A DNA stretch of 64,000 bases. Source: Ylistrum balloti. Taxonomy: Eukaryota. Shown here piece by piece: positions 50,230 to 63,232 of the stretch. The notes under the pieces are model-generated. The model was not told where the DNA came from, made no database searches, and was given only the letters and a program-made list of their open reading frames with translations. Position 1 is the stretch's first letter, and the number at the start of each line of letters is the position of its first letter. Made by a program: the position numbers and the translations under genes. The stretch is from assembly GCF_031769215.1 (NCBI RefSeq), contig NW_026782464.1, forward strand, positions 124,001 through 188,000. The letters run 5' to 3'.

Positions 50230-53200
50230 GTTTGGCGCTATCTGGTTACATTGTCCGAGATGGTCAGTGGGTCGAGATTGGACGCGGTGAACTATTAAAT
50301 CCATTGGTGAGTAACGTCACCTTTTTTCTCTCATTACACCACCAACTACACGTGTCAAAATCAATCATGCATGGTAGAATATTTAAGTTGGTGAAAACGT
50401 TGACGCACTTTAACCTATGATAAAAAAATTCAGATGGTGTCGTGCTGTAAACAACCTTCTTTTCAAAGGTTAAACCGATATTTAACTTGGGTAAGTAAGA
50501 TAACTCTTATACAATATGAATATTAAGTATCAAATTAAACACAGCAGGATTTCTTAGGTAATATCGTTTGAAATAGTAGGCACTTTCTAAGCATTGTTTT
50601 TCATTAGGAGATGGAAATCGTTCTCAATGTCGTTTTCATTACAAAACGTACAAATCCTCTGGAGATATCTCTTATTTATTAGTTGCATTAATTCACATAT
50701 TCTTTTTGTTCCACTGTAAAGTAAACGACGAAAGGCCATGGAGTAAGAGATATCTTCACTGAAGCTTTTTGTGTTAGTCTTAATACTTGTATATTCACGA
50801 ATGTTACTAAATAGTATTTTAATTTTATGTTACAATTGTGGTTACCCACAACGCACCAAAACCTTCGCGCGCACATCTGGCTTATATCACGTGCACATCC
50901 TCTGGAATGCAGTATCTAGCGCACAGCTGTGCGATAGGATTGCACAATTTCTGCGGCTTGGTAAAAATGGTTGTCTTATAGACTTATTGAAACTTAAATG
51001 GAGAACTCACGAATTTATAACTAAAAAGCGTTTTCAAATTGATCAGTGATTATAAAGGCCTCTGTTTAATTCCTCAGAGAATGGTGAGTGGTGTTCTGCG
51101 GATATATACGTGACAGTTCTTGTTCCGTACCGGCTAGGTCTTCCATGTAGTGTACATGTTTTGTTTACATAACGATACTTTTTCATACAGAGGTAGTGAA
51201 AAGATTTTAGATGATCCGTTGCAACATGACACTGCTGATAGACCTCTCCGTAACTTTCAAGCCACTCTTTCATTCATTCGAATGGTGAAACGGTTCAGAT
51301 GAAATGCATGCGCCAAACTCTCTAAACTTGATTGAATTTCGGGGTTAATGCACCTTTCCATATGGAATTTTGACATTGCTTTCGTATGATTTAGATATTT
51401 TTTCAGTCGACTCATATGCTTCACGTTTTAGAAACTTATTTTAACTGACGAGTTCAAGAAGGACGGAACAGGCGTAAGGTGCAGTTCACTTCATTATTAC
51501 ACTATATTTCATCGAATTTTAAATATGAATTGCAAGGCACTTATCAATTATGTGTCATTTGTACAGTCTTCTTGTTTTTATTGGTATCGACAGCTAATTC
51601 TTTATGAATGTAATTAACCCGTTTTGTCACTATTCCAGACAATGTTTGACATTACAGCTCGAAAGATGCGGATTCTGCCTGGAGATATTATCCTAAGTAT
51701 TGGATGTTTATATTCAAAGCTGAAAATATTTATTGAATAACCTAGCCTCATTTTCATCGTGCTTAAAAGGCAGCTAAGGCATTAGCTTAATTTATGTATC
51801 GGAAACACTATACAAGATTGTCAAATTTTTTGTTCAATAGATGTACGAGTTATATCCCTTGATTTTCTTTCAAAAAATAACTAAGAGTTATGTCCCTTGA
51901 ATTAGAGGGTCATCGGTCATCTGATTGGTCAATTACTTTCGCGCGGATGCTGAGACCCCTCTCATAACGCAGCCATCTTTAAATGTATCAATACGTAGTT
52001 CAATTAGTGGAGTGGATTTGCATTTGTTATGCAAAATTTACCCACCCACTTCCACCCTATTGTCTGTTCTATAGTAACGTTATTTATTATCAGCAATTGT
52101 GGCGGTTTTTTTGTTAACCCCACATTGGCTTTTTATTATCATTACTAAAAAATAATCTTTTGTTCATTTTACGGTTTTTGTAACTGTAAGATATGTTTTT
52201 AATTTCATAAATGAATACAAAGTCACCCTCTCTGTAAGGGTGTTTTTTGTTAACCCCACATTGGCTTTTTATTATAATTACTAAAAAATAATCTTTTCTT
52301 CATTTTACGGTTTTTGTAACTGTTTTTCATCAATAAATACAAAGTCACCCTCTCTGTAAGGGTGGCCTTTTTCATTCATACTCATTGTTGTGTCGTTTCT
52401 TGTCGTAGTGTGCAGATACATATCATTATTGCATTTATTTCGTTTTATTTATTTTTTTCATTAATCTGTTTTATTAATCTACATGTTCGTTAGTTTATTT
52501 ATTCATTGATTCATCTAATAACTGTTTTATATGAGAAGCACATCTTTTGAGAGGACATGCATCAACTCAATTGTTCTTATTTTGATGAGTCGACAGCGAC
52601 CACAATTACCGCGAATTACTTGACAGCAAATTAAATGTCTGAACATCATGGATATGCATTTGATATGTATGTTGTATAATGTTTATCAGTATTAGGTATT
52701 GTGCATTTCAGGCAACCAGATGTACTTACCGGAATACTGGTATCACACATGTCTTAATGGGGTATGCATACCATTAGAAAGAGTAAAAATAGAGTGAAAG
52801 ATTGAAAATCGACGAGCCGTAAAATGTTTACATGACACCGCTTAAATTTTACCTTATTCATGTTAATGTTCATGATGGTATATCAATAAGGCTGTAAATC
52901 AGAATTTGTACATTCATTGAGGACAACTATCTATAGAGAAATATCGTAAAGTTATGTATATGCCTGTTTTGAGCACATACTTTTCCTATTTGGTAAATGG
53001 TCGTTTCACGTGATATAAGACTGCTATAAATCTATAGAATGAGTGTTGTTGCTTCCTTGAGGATCGTAGATAACTTTTGTTTTTTTTTATGGTTGTAAAC
53101 CTGATTTACATGGCGATTTCGTCGATAAAACAAAAGGCGCTTTCCCTTGTGAAACATCAAACCTTATTCTTATTTTACCGCTCCTATACCTCCGTTTAAA

Positions 53201-53744
53201 TCTTCTCTTTGTCCATATCTTGTCCTCTCTTTTGTCTGTTTGATTTTTTCAACACGTCGGTTGCTTTTGTAGTTTTCCCTTGTGTGTAGTTTTGAGTATT
53301 ACTGTTGTATATTGGTGACGGACCAATATTTGCGTTTTAGCTATATACTAATATCAGTGTATGCATGACTACTATCATTTTGTAGAGGACAACTGTAAAT
53401 ATATAGATGGGAAGAAAAGAATGTAGATGACTAGCGTACATTTCTAATGGACTACAGAGAACCTTCCTAAGGTACTAGTTTAGATATCCCTGAAATATTA
53501 CCATTATTTGTCTTTATCTGTTCTTTCAAGGTACACCCACGTCAGAGAGATGTGTAATTATTTCGTTTACTACGGAGTAACTGACAAAATTGCTTCGGCC
53601 AAAGCCATCGCATGTGGCGGAAATGCACAGGGGACAGGCTGGGACCAACTGTTTGACAACATTCCAGCAGACGCTAGTGATCCTACTGGAGACACGGAAC
53701 AATCCCGTTATGTCAAAAAGTATCATCTTACCAAAAATTACTGA
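50230..53744 (+). pseudogene. 5'-truncated PHM-like copy 2 (exons 9-12 only)
   Basis: Exons 50230-50306, 51639-51692, 52712-52761 and 53531-53744. The exon-10 donor GTAAGT is mutated to CTAAGT (51693). There is no promoter, signal peptide or exons 1-8. Confidence 0.8.
51762..52415. mobile_element. Insertion of about 650 bp in PHM intron 10 of units 2 and 3 (also at about 61232-61885), containing a direct repeat of about 135 bp
   Basis: Absent from the orthologous intron of the intact gene (about 42820). It begins near TTAAAAGGCAGC. The class was not determined. Confidence 0.5.
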
Positions 53745-54915
53745 AGGGTTGTCCTTTGGTTTCTCCTGATTATAGATGGTAGTCACCGATAAATGAAATT
53801 CAGAATTTCACAAATAATTATAAAAATAAATCCATTATCTTATTTCTGTGCTACCGATTTGTTTTTACTAGTAAATATGTTTTAATTTAACGTGTATTGT
53901 GTAATTTAGTTCAAGTCTATAACTTCAGTGATGCGAACACGATTATCATCATTTTGACCTCATTGATCCTTGAACCCAATGCTCTCCGAAGACATACGTA
54001 TCTAATGGATCTTAAGTATGCTTGAATTTGTAAAATATTCTGTTCACAATATATCACTTATTTCAATAAGTAACCTTTTATGTTTTAAGAACAAGCATAC
54101 GGTTTATTTACAGACCTGCATACCGGATCGAATATCTTTGTCTTTCTATGATGCAATATGAAAACAAAACAATCATGTCTATCAGATGAGGCTAGAGAGT
54201 GTAATTAATAGTTTTTTTAAAGACAAATCAGAAATATATCAACAAAAATATGCTTGTATACAAAAGAAATATGTATTAGCAATGATAATATTTACTACCG
54301 AACGTACGAGTAAACTTAAGTCCTACAAGTACACATCTTAATTTTTATCCTAGCGTCATATCCATAATTTCACTGTTCAATTATTAAACATGTTTACATA
54401 TGTATATGTCAAGTTATTGCTCTGCACAGCAGTAAAACGCACACGAGATTTCATAAACATTGTGGTAGATCCCTTATTCTGTATAGCTTCTTTTTTTCTT
54501 ACTTCAGACGTACCGTTCTCTTTTTATTTGGTGTGGTGTCAAGAAACGCCAAACTTGTTATAAGTAGAAATATGCATGCTGTTGATAAAACCATTCCTCA
54601 GCTAAAAGGTTCCGACGGATGAACGGAAACAAAATTCCTCTGATTTACGGGCAGGGGGATAAAGACTTTCATCCAAATGTTGTGTTATATATTTAATATA
54701 TTAAATTTTTGGAAACTATTGTGTTGAGCATAAAACAAAGTAGAAACAGTGACATTAAATGACCACGCCTTCTAAACATTCTTAAAAGTTTACACATTGA
54801 AATCAAATGTATAAGTATGCAACACAACAGATCCCATTAATATATACAACTATCTAGTTTGATAGTTTAAAGTTGATATATAACAAGGACATTGGTCTTG
54901 ACAAAATCGTTCGAG

Positions 54916-56493
54916 CTAATGTTCCTGCGAGTTAAACTTCCCAAATATTGCATAATATTCCAAAAACGTTGTAAATCTAAAGAACACAGAAAATGGTAAA
55001 AAAATTGAATATACTAAATTCAAAAGATATTGCGGAAAGTTACTGTGGTGCAATAGCTGTGTACGGGAAAATTCAGATATAAAGAAACTGTCCGTAAACC
55101 AGAAAATAAAGTTGTTTATCATTGTGAATATCAGAACTGATTCAAGTAAGTTTATGTTTGATCGGGGGTCAGTTTTCCTAAATCGGTTCGCATGTAACAG
55201 AAACACCACTTGAAGGTAGTCTTGGAATACGCTGAAGGCATTGGTGAACAGGATGATTTTGGTATTTTGATCGTCGGTGACGTCAGCACCAATAGCGATG
55301 CTGATATGTCCTAAGAATAAACCAAACGCCGACAGCAAATACAAATATTCCCGAGACTTCAGGCCTTTCGGTGAACTATCAGGAGTACAGTAATGAGCCA
55401 AACAATAGAAACCAGCAAACGTTGCAAGCGCCATCATCACTTTCAATGTTAACTCATATACTTGCGCAATATACAGTATGACGTTTCCATCCCCTATATC
55501 TAGAACGAGGACAATGTAACACACAACAAGTCCTAGCCCTGTTGTTATGCTCATTGCCAGTGAAAGTATTTGTACTAATGTCCGCCTGCCTCTATTTGCC
55601 GGATGTTCGATGACATTGAATCCATGCAGAAGGGACGTCTGCTCCGATTCCTGTACGTCGTTTATTCCTATATACGTTGGTGATTCATCTTGAGGATTCG
55701 CTTCTTGTTTCGGTGACCAAATCTCAAGAAGTATTGTACTGGACAGAAAAACATATTCGACGAAAGCTGGTCTTAGAAAGGGTAATGACTTTTCTAGAAG
55801 CAATGTCATTGTACTGTTGTTTCCTAAACAGGATATCAAGTCAATGTCATCTTCGACTTCTATCAAAAATGATCTGGTGTTTTTCATTTGATAGACATAC
55901 AAGATCACTGATAGATTACAAGTTAAAATCAAAAACATAGCGTAATTCACTAGTGAGCTCTGTTTCAGCTCGAACGGAGAAAAATAAGAGACGAAAACCA
56001 TTTCTGAGAATAAAGCTAGGATCAATGTGATATTGAAAACTAATAAAATATTCCAATAAATTCCACCAGCGAAATTCACGGAACATTCAATCAGTTTTCC
56101 TATGAATAACGCACAAGATAATCCCGAGGACAGGCCGAAGATCCACATGAAAACCACCTGAAGTTTTCTGGTATTCCTGTCATTTCTAGCAGCGACGACT
56201 GATTGAAGGCCATATTTCCGTACTTTGGTTCCAATGATACAGAAGATGGATAATGCAGATATCATAATCACTAATAGAAGACTAAGAACAAATCCCAATC
56301 GAAATTCCGCGTGTTTGGGTATACTTTTAGTGACAGTGAATCCAAAGACAAGTGAAACAAATATCATGACAAGAACACGGGACGAGATTACACAGTCATA
56401 ATACCAAGATCCATGCTGTCGCCTGCGGTATTGTGGACCAGCAAACGGTAGAATGATGGTTGATGTCAACAGCTTGCCACACACCGATTCCAT
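54916..56493 (-). CDS. OTOP: Otopetrin-family proton channel, paralog B copy 2 (525 aa)
   Basis: 5 aa differences from 45447-47024 (N/T, F/S, A/G, C/Y, R/G). The frame is intact. Confidence 0.85.
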   Translation of the reverse strand: MESVCGKLLTSTIILPFAGPQYRRRQHGSWYYDCVISSRVLVMIFVSLVFGFTVTKSIPKHAEFRLGFVLSLLLVIMISALSIFCIIGTKVRKYGLQSVVAARNDRNTRKLQVVFMWIFGLSSGLSCALFIGKLIECSVNFAGGIYWNILLVFNITLILALFSEMVFVSYFSPFELKQSSLVNYAMFLILTCNLSVILYVYQMKNTRSFLIEVEDDIDLISCLGNNSTMTLLLEKSLPFLRPAFVEYVFLSSTILLEIWSPKQEANPQDESPTYIGINDVQESEQTSLLHGFNVIEHPANRGRRTLVQILSLAMSITTGLGLVVCYIVLVLDIGDGNVILYIAQVYELTLKVMMALATFAGFYCLAHYCTPDSSPKGLKSREYLYLLSAFGLFLGHISIAIGADVTDDQNTKIILFTNAFSVFQDYLQVVFLLHANRFRKTDPRSNINLLESVLIFTMINNFIFWFTDSFFISEFSRTQLLHHSNFPQYLLNLVYSIFLPFSVFFRFTTFLEYYAIFGKFNSQEH

Positions 56494-56949
56494 GACGGAA
56501 AAGCAATATCTACAAAAAATATTAACTGCAGTTAAAATATTTGCATTGTCTGTCTGTTACGGAACTTTCCTTCTGGTTTATAATGCCAATAGAATAGAAA
56601 TTCTTACAATAGAATCAATACATTCCATTGTGACGTTCCGATGACAACACTATCAAAAGCGTATTAGTACTGACGTATGAAGAGTCCGAAATGTCACAGA
56701 ATGAACACGCTTTTGGGTTTACTATAATCCCATGTATACATAGTTAGAAATAATGTGACGAAATGGTAAACAGATTATAGGAAAAACGTACACAAGAAGG
56801 TCTCTATTTGCTGTTGTCGATTCGGCTATACTTTATGTAACACGTGGTCATAGATGTGATTGTCTGTGATCCTAATAGTGAACTCTACTGGTTAATTTCG
56901 TTAGAATATCTCAAAGTCAGTAGCAGACATTCTAATATCCTATTGGAGA

Positions 56950-57840
56950 AATTAGATCATCAAGTTAAGAAATGGTAACACTTTGCAAAATGTATTTCCA
57001 CGTACCTATCAAAGAAGGCAAGAAATTCATTTCACTTAATGTATTGTCTCTTTTATCCAACACACTCACTGACAAAGCACCCGGTATCATTCGGAGTTGC
57101 TTAGAGCAAGATAGGTCATGGTTAAAGAACAACAATATCAATATCCAAAACATTATGGATTTACTAGAACGTTTGCATTCTAATGCACTATCTATAAGCA
57201 ACAGTATGGTACAGTCAATAGCCGCCCATAATTTCCAGAAAAAGAGGCTATATTCAGAGCCACGACTCCTAGTCTTTGCAAACGATATCTCCCTGACATT
57301 GGAAATAATCAAGAAAGGGTCACAAAAGATTTGACAGTGCATGTAAATACCGTAGATACCTACAAACACCATCAAAGTAGCCTGTGAGGAAGAAATCAAT
57401 GTCACTGTCCTTCATTGTCATCCTTCTAGTAAGGAAAGATGATGGTACTACTAGAACCTCAACTTCAGATCGCACCACCCTCTTACACAATAAATCGGGC
57501 GTTGTACGCTCAACAAATGTGAAACTGATGTCATAGAGGAACAAGACTAGACGCAAGAACAAAATGACAAGCAATGAAACCTTGTGGCTACCCTAATTGG
57601 GCAGAATTTTGGGAATGTAAAGGAAAGACCGAAGGACGAAAAAGCAAGAAAAAACAAAACAAAAGGACAAATAGTCATCCCTTATATCAACGGCCTGTCA
57701 GCAAACCATTCAGGGAATTTACCATGGCCACAGTATTGCAACAGCCACGAAACTTCTTAAGGATATATCCTTGTTCATCATAAGGATAAAATATCCAAAG
57801 AGGACGTCGCAGAATTTGTATAAAAAATCGGATGTAGGAA
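56950..57840 (+). mobile_element. Decayed Penelope-like element, duplicate copy
   Basis: Identical ORF translations at +9470 from 47480-48370. Confidence 0.75.
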
Positions 57841-57854
57841 CTACGCCACAACTG

Positions 57855-58210
57855 GCTAGTACAACAACGGAACAATCAGGCACACTACAGTTAACACGTT
57901 CAACGTCATAGCACACAACGGAACCACCAGGTACATTACAGTTTACACACCCAACTTCATAGCACATAACGGAACCATCAGGCACACTACAACTAACATG
58001 CCCAACTTCATAGCATATAATGGAACCACCAGGAAGAGTACAGCTAACATGCCCAATTTCATATCACACTGAGGAACCACCAAGCACACTACTGCTAACA
58101 CACACAACTTCATATCACACAACGGAACCACCAGGCACACTACAGCTAACACGCCCAACTTCATATCACACAACGGAACCACAAGGCACATTACAGCTAA
58201 CGCGTAACAC
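57855..58210. repeat. 51-bp tandem repeat, duplicate copy
   Basis: +9470 copy of 48385-48740. Confidence 0.9.
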
Positions 58211-59699
58211 AAGGAAATATGATATTTTCCAATTGTCCTGATGGTCACCATAAAACTTCTCTGTAACCTTCATGAACCGATATATATATTAAACTGAAAT
58301 AATAGTCGTATCAATAGTATAGGAGACAAAGCAAGAACATATTTAGATATTTTTGCAATATACATCGAAACACTTGGAGAATGACGACGTTTGAATGTAA
58401 TTCAAACTCAAAATATATTGAAATGTGCTGTAGAAAGGCTAGTGTCTTCTGTTTCACCAGTAACACACGACATATAATCTTAGTCAATCTAAGTAATGTC
58501 ATATTGTAGAATGACAGTCATGAGCAAAGTCATATCTTACCTTTTAATCTCACGACGAAGATAAATATATCCAAATTGATATTGTTGCACAGAGCAGACC
58601 TTCAATATACCCTATAGCTGTGTAACACAGTAATGCTTCGATGCACAACTGTGGAAACCCAACGATAGTTATTTTCATCCGCGTTCGTTTTGAATGACGG
58701 GGTATCAGTTATTGGTGTTACAGACAAAGAACATCCTATATTTACTTCCCGTTTAACGATGACGAAATGTCATATGATTTTCTTGTAAATATTTGAATAA
58801 AAACTCTTTACATAATAGAACATATATGCAGTTCAATGTTGACGGAGAAAATATTCCAATGATGATAAATCATAATGAATATAGAATTATGTTTAAGGTC
58901 TGTTATTTTTGTTTCTTTAATAATTACAACAACATGTTTTGGAGGTGACACCACATCGAAAGTGTGTGTGTAAAGTATCCGTAATAATGAAAAGATAGTT
59001 ACCAAATTATCTCTTGTTAACTGTGTACAGGTACTTTCCTTTATAGTTTGTCAAAAGAAACATTTCGGGGATACAGAGAGTAGTTACAGCATCACAATGT
59101 ATATAGCATTCGCTAGTAAACAGGGAAGTAGAGTTAATTTAAACTTGTTTAATTACAAAAAAACAAAATTATAATTTCAGATGATGAAGATAGAGATAGA
59201 TACATACAAACTTACCTATACTGATATATCAGGTGTGCATGGTATCGGACACTGTATAATTGAGTCTGTCAAAGGTGAGTTTGCTGCTGATGATTCTGTC
59301 ATATATGAATGTGGTAACAATGAATATGTAGATGGCACGCTCAATTGAACGTCCTTCAGATAAATACTCCAACCAACAGGTCTGTATATGTATACAAATC
59401 AAAGCATAGTTAATTCTGAATTGAGATCACCTGACATTTTGTCACATATTGATATCCCATCATATCTTTCTTTTGAACTTGTCATTGTATCTTTATTTCA
59501 TTTTCTTTCTTCTCATTTTTTTTAACAATAATCTTGTTTTGTTTTTTGGTCTATCTTTTGATTTCATGAAAATTATTCTTGGTTATGGTTACATATGTAC
59601 AAGTGGGGTTCTACAAACATATTCATATCGAAAAAATGCTCATTTTTATTTTATTGCATGCAATGTAATATTTATAATTGTGATCTCTTTTGATATTAG

Positions 59700-62600
59700 G
59701 TTTGGCGCTATCTGGTTACATTGTCCGAGATGGTCAGTGGGTCGAGATTGGACGCGGTGAACTATTAAATCCATTGGTGAGTAACGTCACCTTTTTTCTC
59801 TCATTACACCACCAACTACACGTGTCAAAATCAATCATGCATGGTAGAATATTTAAGTTGGTGAAAACGTTGACGCACTTTAACCTATGATAAAAAAATT
59901 CAGATGGTGTCGTGCTGTAAACAACCTTCTTTTCAAAGGTTAAACCGATATTTAACTTGGGTAAGTAAGATAACTCTTATACAATATGAATATTAAGTAT
60001 CAAATTAAACACAGCAGGATTTCTTAGGTAATATCGTTTGAAATAGTAGGCACTTTCTAAGCATTGTTTTTCATTAGGAGATGGAAATCGTTCTCAATGT
60101 CGTTTTCATTACAAAACGTACAAATCCTCTGGAGATATCTCTTATTTATTAGTTGCATTAATTCACATATTCTTTTTGTTCCACTGTAAAGTAAACGACG
60201 AAAGGCCATGGAGTAAGAGATATCTTCACTGAAGCTTTTTGTGTTAGTCTTAATACTTGTATATTCACGAATGTTACTAAATAGTATTTTAATTTTATGT
60301 TACAATTGTGGTTACCCACAACGCACCAAAACCTTCGCGCGCACATCTGGCTTATATCACGTGCACATCCTCTGGAATGCAGTATCTAGCGCACAGCTGT
60401 GCGATAGGATTGCACAATTTCTGCGGCTTGGTAAAAATGGTTGTCTTATAGACTTATTGAAACTTAAATGGAGAACTCACGAATTTATAACTAAAAAGCG
60501 TTTTCAAATTGATCAGTGATTATAAAGGCCTCTGTTTAATTCCTCAGAGAATGGTGAGTGGTGTTCTGCGGATATATACGTGACAGTTCTTGTTCCGTAC
60601 CGGCTAGGTCTTCCATGTAGTGTACATGTTTTGTTTACATAACGATACTTTTTCATACAGAGGTAGTGAAAAGATTTTAGATGATCCGTTGCAACATGAC
60701 ACTGCTGATAGACCTCTCCGTAACTTTCAAGCCACTCTTTCATTCATTCGAATGGTGAAACGGTTCAGATGAAATGCATGCGCCAAACTCTCTAAACTTG
60801 ATTGAATTTCGGGGTTAATGCACCTTTCCATATGGAATTTTGACATTGCTTTCGTATGATTTAGATATTTTTTCAGTCGACTCATATGCTTCACGTTTTA
60901 GAAACTTATTTTAACTGACGAGTTCAAGAAGGACGGAACAGGCGTAAGGTGCAGTTCACTTCATTATTACACTATATTTCATCGAATTTTAAATATGAAT
61001 TGCAAGGCACTTATCAATTATGTGTCATTTGTACAGTCTTCTTGTTTTTATTGGTATCGACAGCTAATTCTTTATGAATGTAATTAACCCGTTTTGTCAC
61101 TATTCCAGACAATGTTTGACATTACAGCTCGAAAGATGCGGATTCTGCCTGGAGATATTATCCTAAGTATTGGATGTTTATATTCAAAGCTGAAAATATT
61201 TATTGAATAACCTAGCCTCATTTTCATCGTGCTTAAAAGGCAGCTAAGGCATTAGCTTAATTTATGTATCGGAAACACTATACAAGATTGTCAAATTTTT
61301 TGTTCAATAGATGTACGAGTTATATCCCTTGATTTTCTTTCAAAAAATAACTAAGAGTTATGTCCCTTGAATTAGAGGGTCATCGGTCATCTGATTGGTC
61401 AATTACTTTCGCGCGGATGCTGAGACCCCTCTCATAACGCAGCCATCTTTAAATGTATCAATACGTAGTTCAATTAGTGGAGTGGATTTGCATTTGTTAT
61501 GCAAAATTTACCCACCCACTTCCACCCTATTGTCTGTTCTATAGTAACGTTATTTATTATCAGCAATTGTGGCGGTTTTTTTGTTAACCCCACATTGGCT
61601 TTTTATTATCATTACTAAAAAATAATCTTTTGTTCATTTTACGGTTTTTGTAACTGTAAGATATGTTTTTAATTTCATAAATGAATACAAAGTCACCCTC
61701 TCTGTAAGGGTGTTTTTTGTTAACCCCACATTGGCTTTTTATTATAATTACTAAAAAATAATCTTTTCTTCATTTTACGGTTTTTGTAACTGTTTTTCAT
61801 CAATAAATACAAAGTCACCCTCTCTGTAAGGGTGGCCTTTTTCATTCATACTCATTGTTGTGTCGTTTCTTGTCGTAGTGTGCAGATACATATCATTATT
61901 GCATTTATTTCGTTTTATTTATTTTTTTCATTAATCTGTTTTATTAATCTACATGTTCGTTAGTTTATTTATTCATTGATTCATCTAATAACTGTTTTAT
62001 ATGAGAAGCACATCTTTTGAGAGGACATGCATCAACTCAATTGTTCTTATTTTGATGAGTCGACAGCGACCACAATTACCGCGAATTACTTGACAGCAAA
62101 TTAAATGTCTGAACATCATGGATATGATTTGATATGTATGTTGTATAATGTTTATCAGTATTAGGTATTGTGCATTTCAGGCAACCAGATGTACTTACCG
62201 GAATACTGGTATCACACATGTCTTAATGGGGTATGCATACCATTAGAAAGAGTAAAAATAGAGTGAAAGATTGAAAATCGACGAGCCGTAAAATGTTTAC
62301 ATGACACCGCTTAAATTTTACCTTATTCATGTTAATGTTCATGATGGTATATCAATAAGGCTGTAAATCAGAATTTGTACATTCATTGAGGACAACTATC
62401 TATAGAGAAATATCGTAAAGTTATGTATATGCCTGTTTTGAGCACATACTTTTCCTATTTGGTAAATGGTCGTTTCACGTGATATAAGACTGCTATAAAT
62501 CTATAGAATGAGTGTTGTTGCTTCCTTGAGGATCGTAGATAACTTTTGTTTTTTTTTATGGTTGTAAACCTGATTTACATGGCGATTTCGTCGATAAAAC

Positions 62601-63232
62601 AAAAGGCGCTTTCCCTTGTGAAACATCAAACCTTATTCTTATTTTACCGCTCCTATACCTCCGTTTAAATCTTCTCTTTGTCCATATCTTGTCCTCTCTT
62701 TTGTCTGTTTGATTTTTTCAACACGTCGGTTGCTTTTGTAGTTTTCCCTTGTGTGTAGTTTTGAGTATTACTGTTGTATATTGGTGACGGACCAATATTT
62801 GCGTTTTAGCTATATACTAATATCAGTGTATGCATGACTACTATCATTTTGTAGAGGACAACTGTAAATATATAGATGGGAAGAAAAGAATGTAGATGAC
62901 TAGCGTACATTTCTAATGGACTACAGAGAACCTTCCTAAGGTACTAGTTTAGATATACAAATGTCTTTAAAAATCCCCTGAAATATTACCATTATTTGTC
63001 TTTATCTGTTCTTTCAAGGTACACCCACGTCAGAGAGATGTGTAATTATTTCGTTTACTACGGAGTAACTGACAAAATTGCTTCGGCCAAAGCCATCGCA
63101 TGTGGCGGAAATGCACAGGGGACAGGCTGGGACCAACTGTTTGACAACATTCCAGCAGACGCTAGTGATCCTACTGGAGACACGGAACAATCCCGTTATG
63201 TCAAAAAGTATCATCTTACCAAAAATTACTGA
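59700..63232 (+). pseudogene. 5'-truncated PHM-like copy 3 (exons 9-12 only)
   Basis: Exons 59700-59776, 61109-61162, 62181-62230 and 63019-63232. It has the same CTAAGT donor mutation (61163). Confidence 0.8.
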
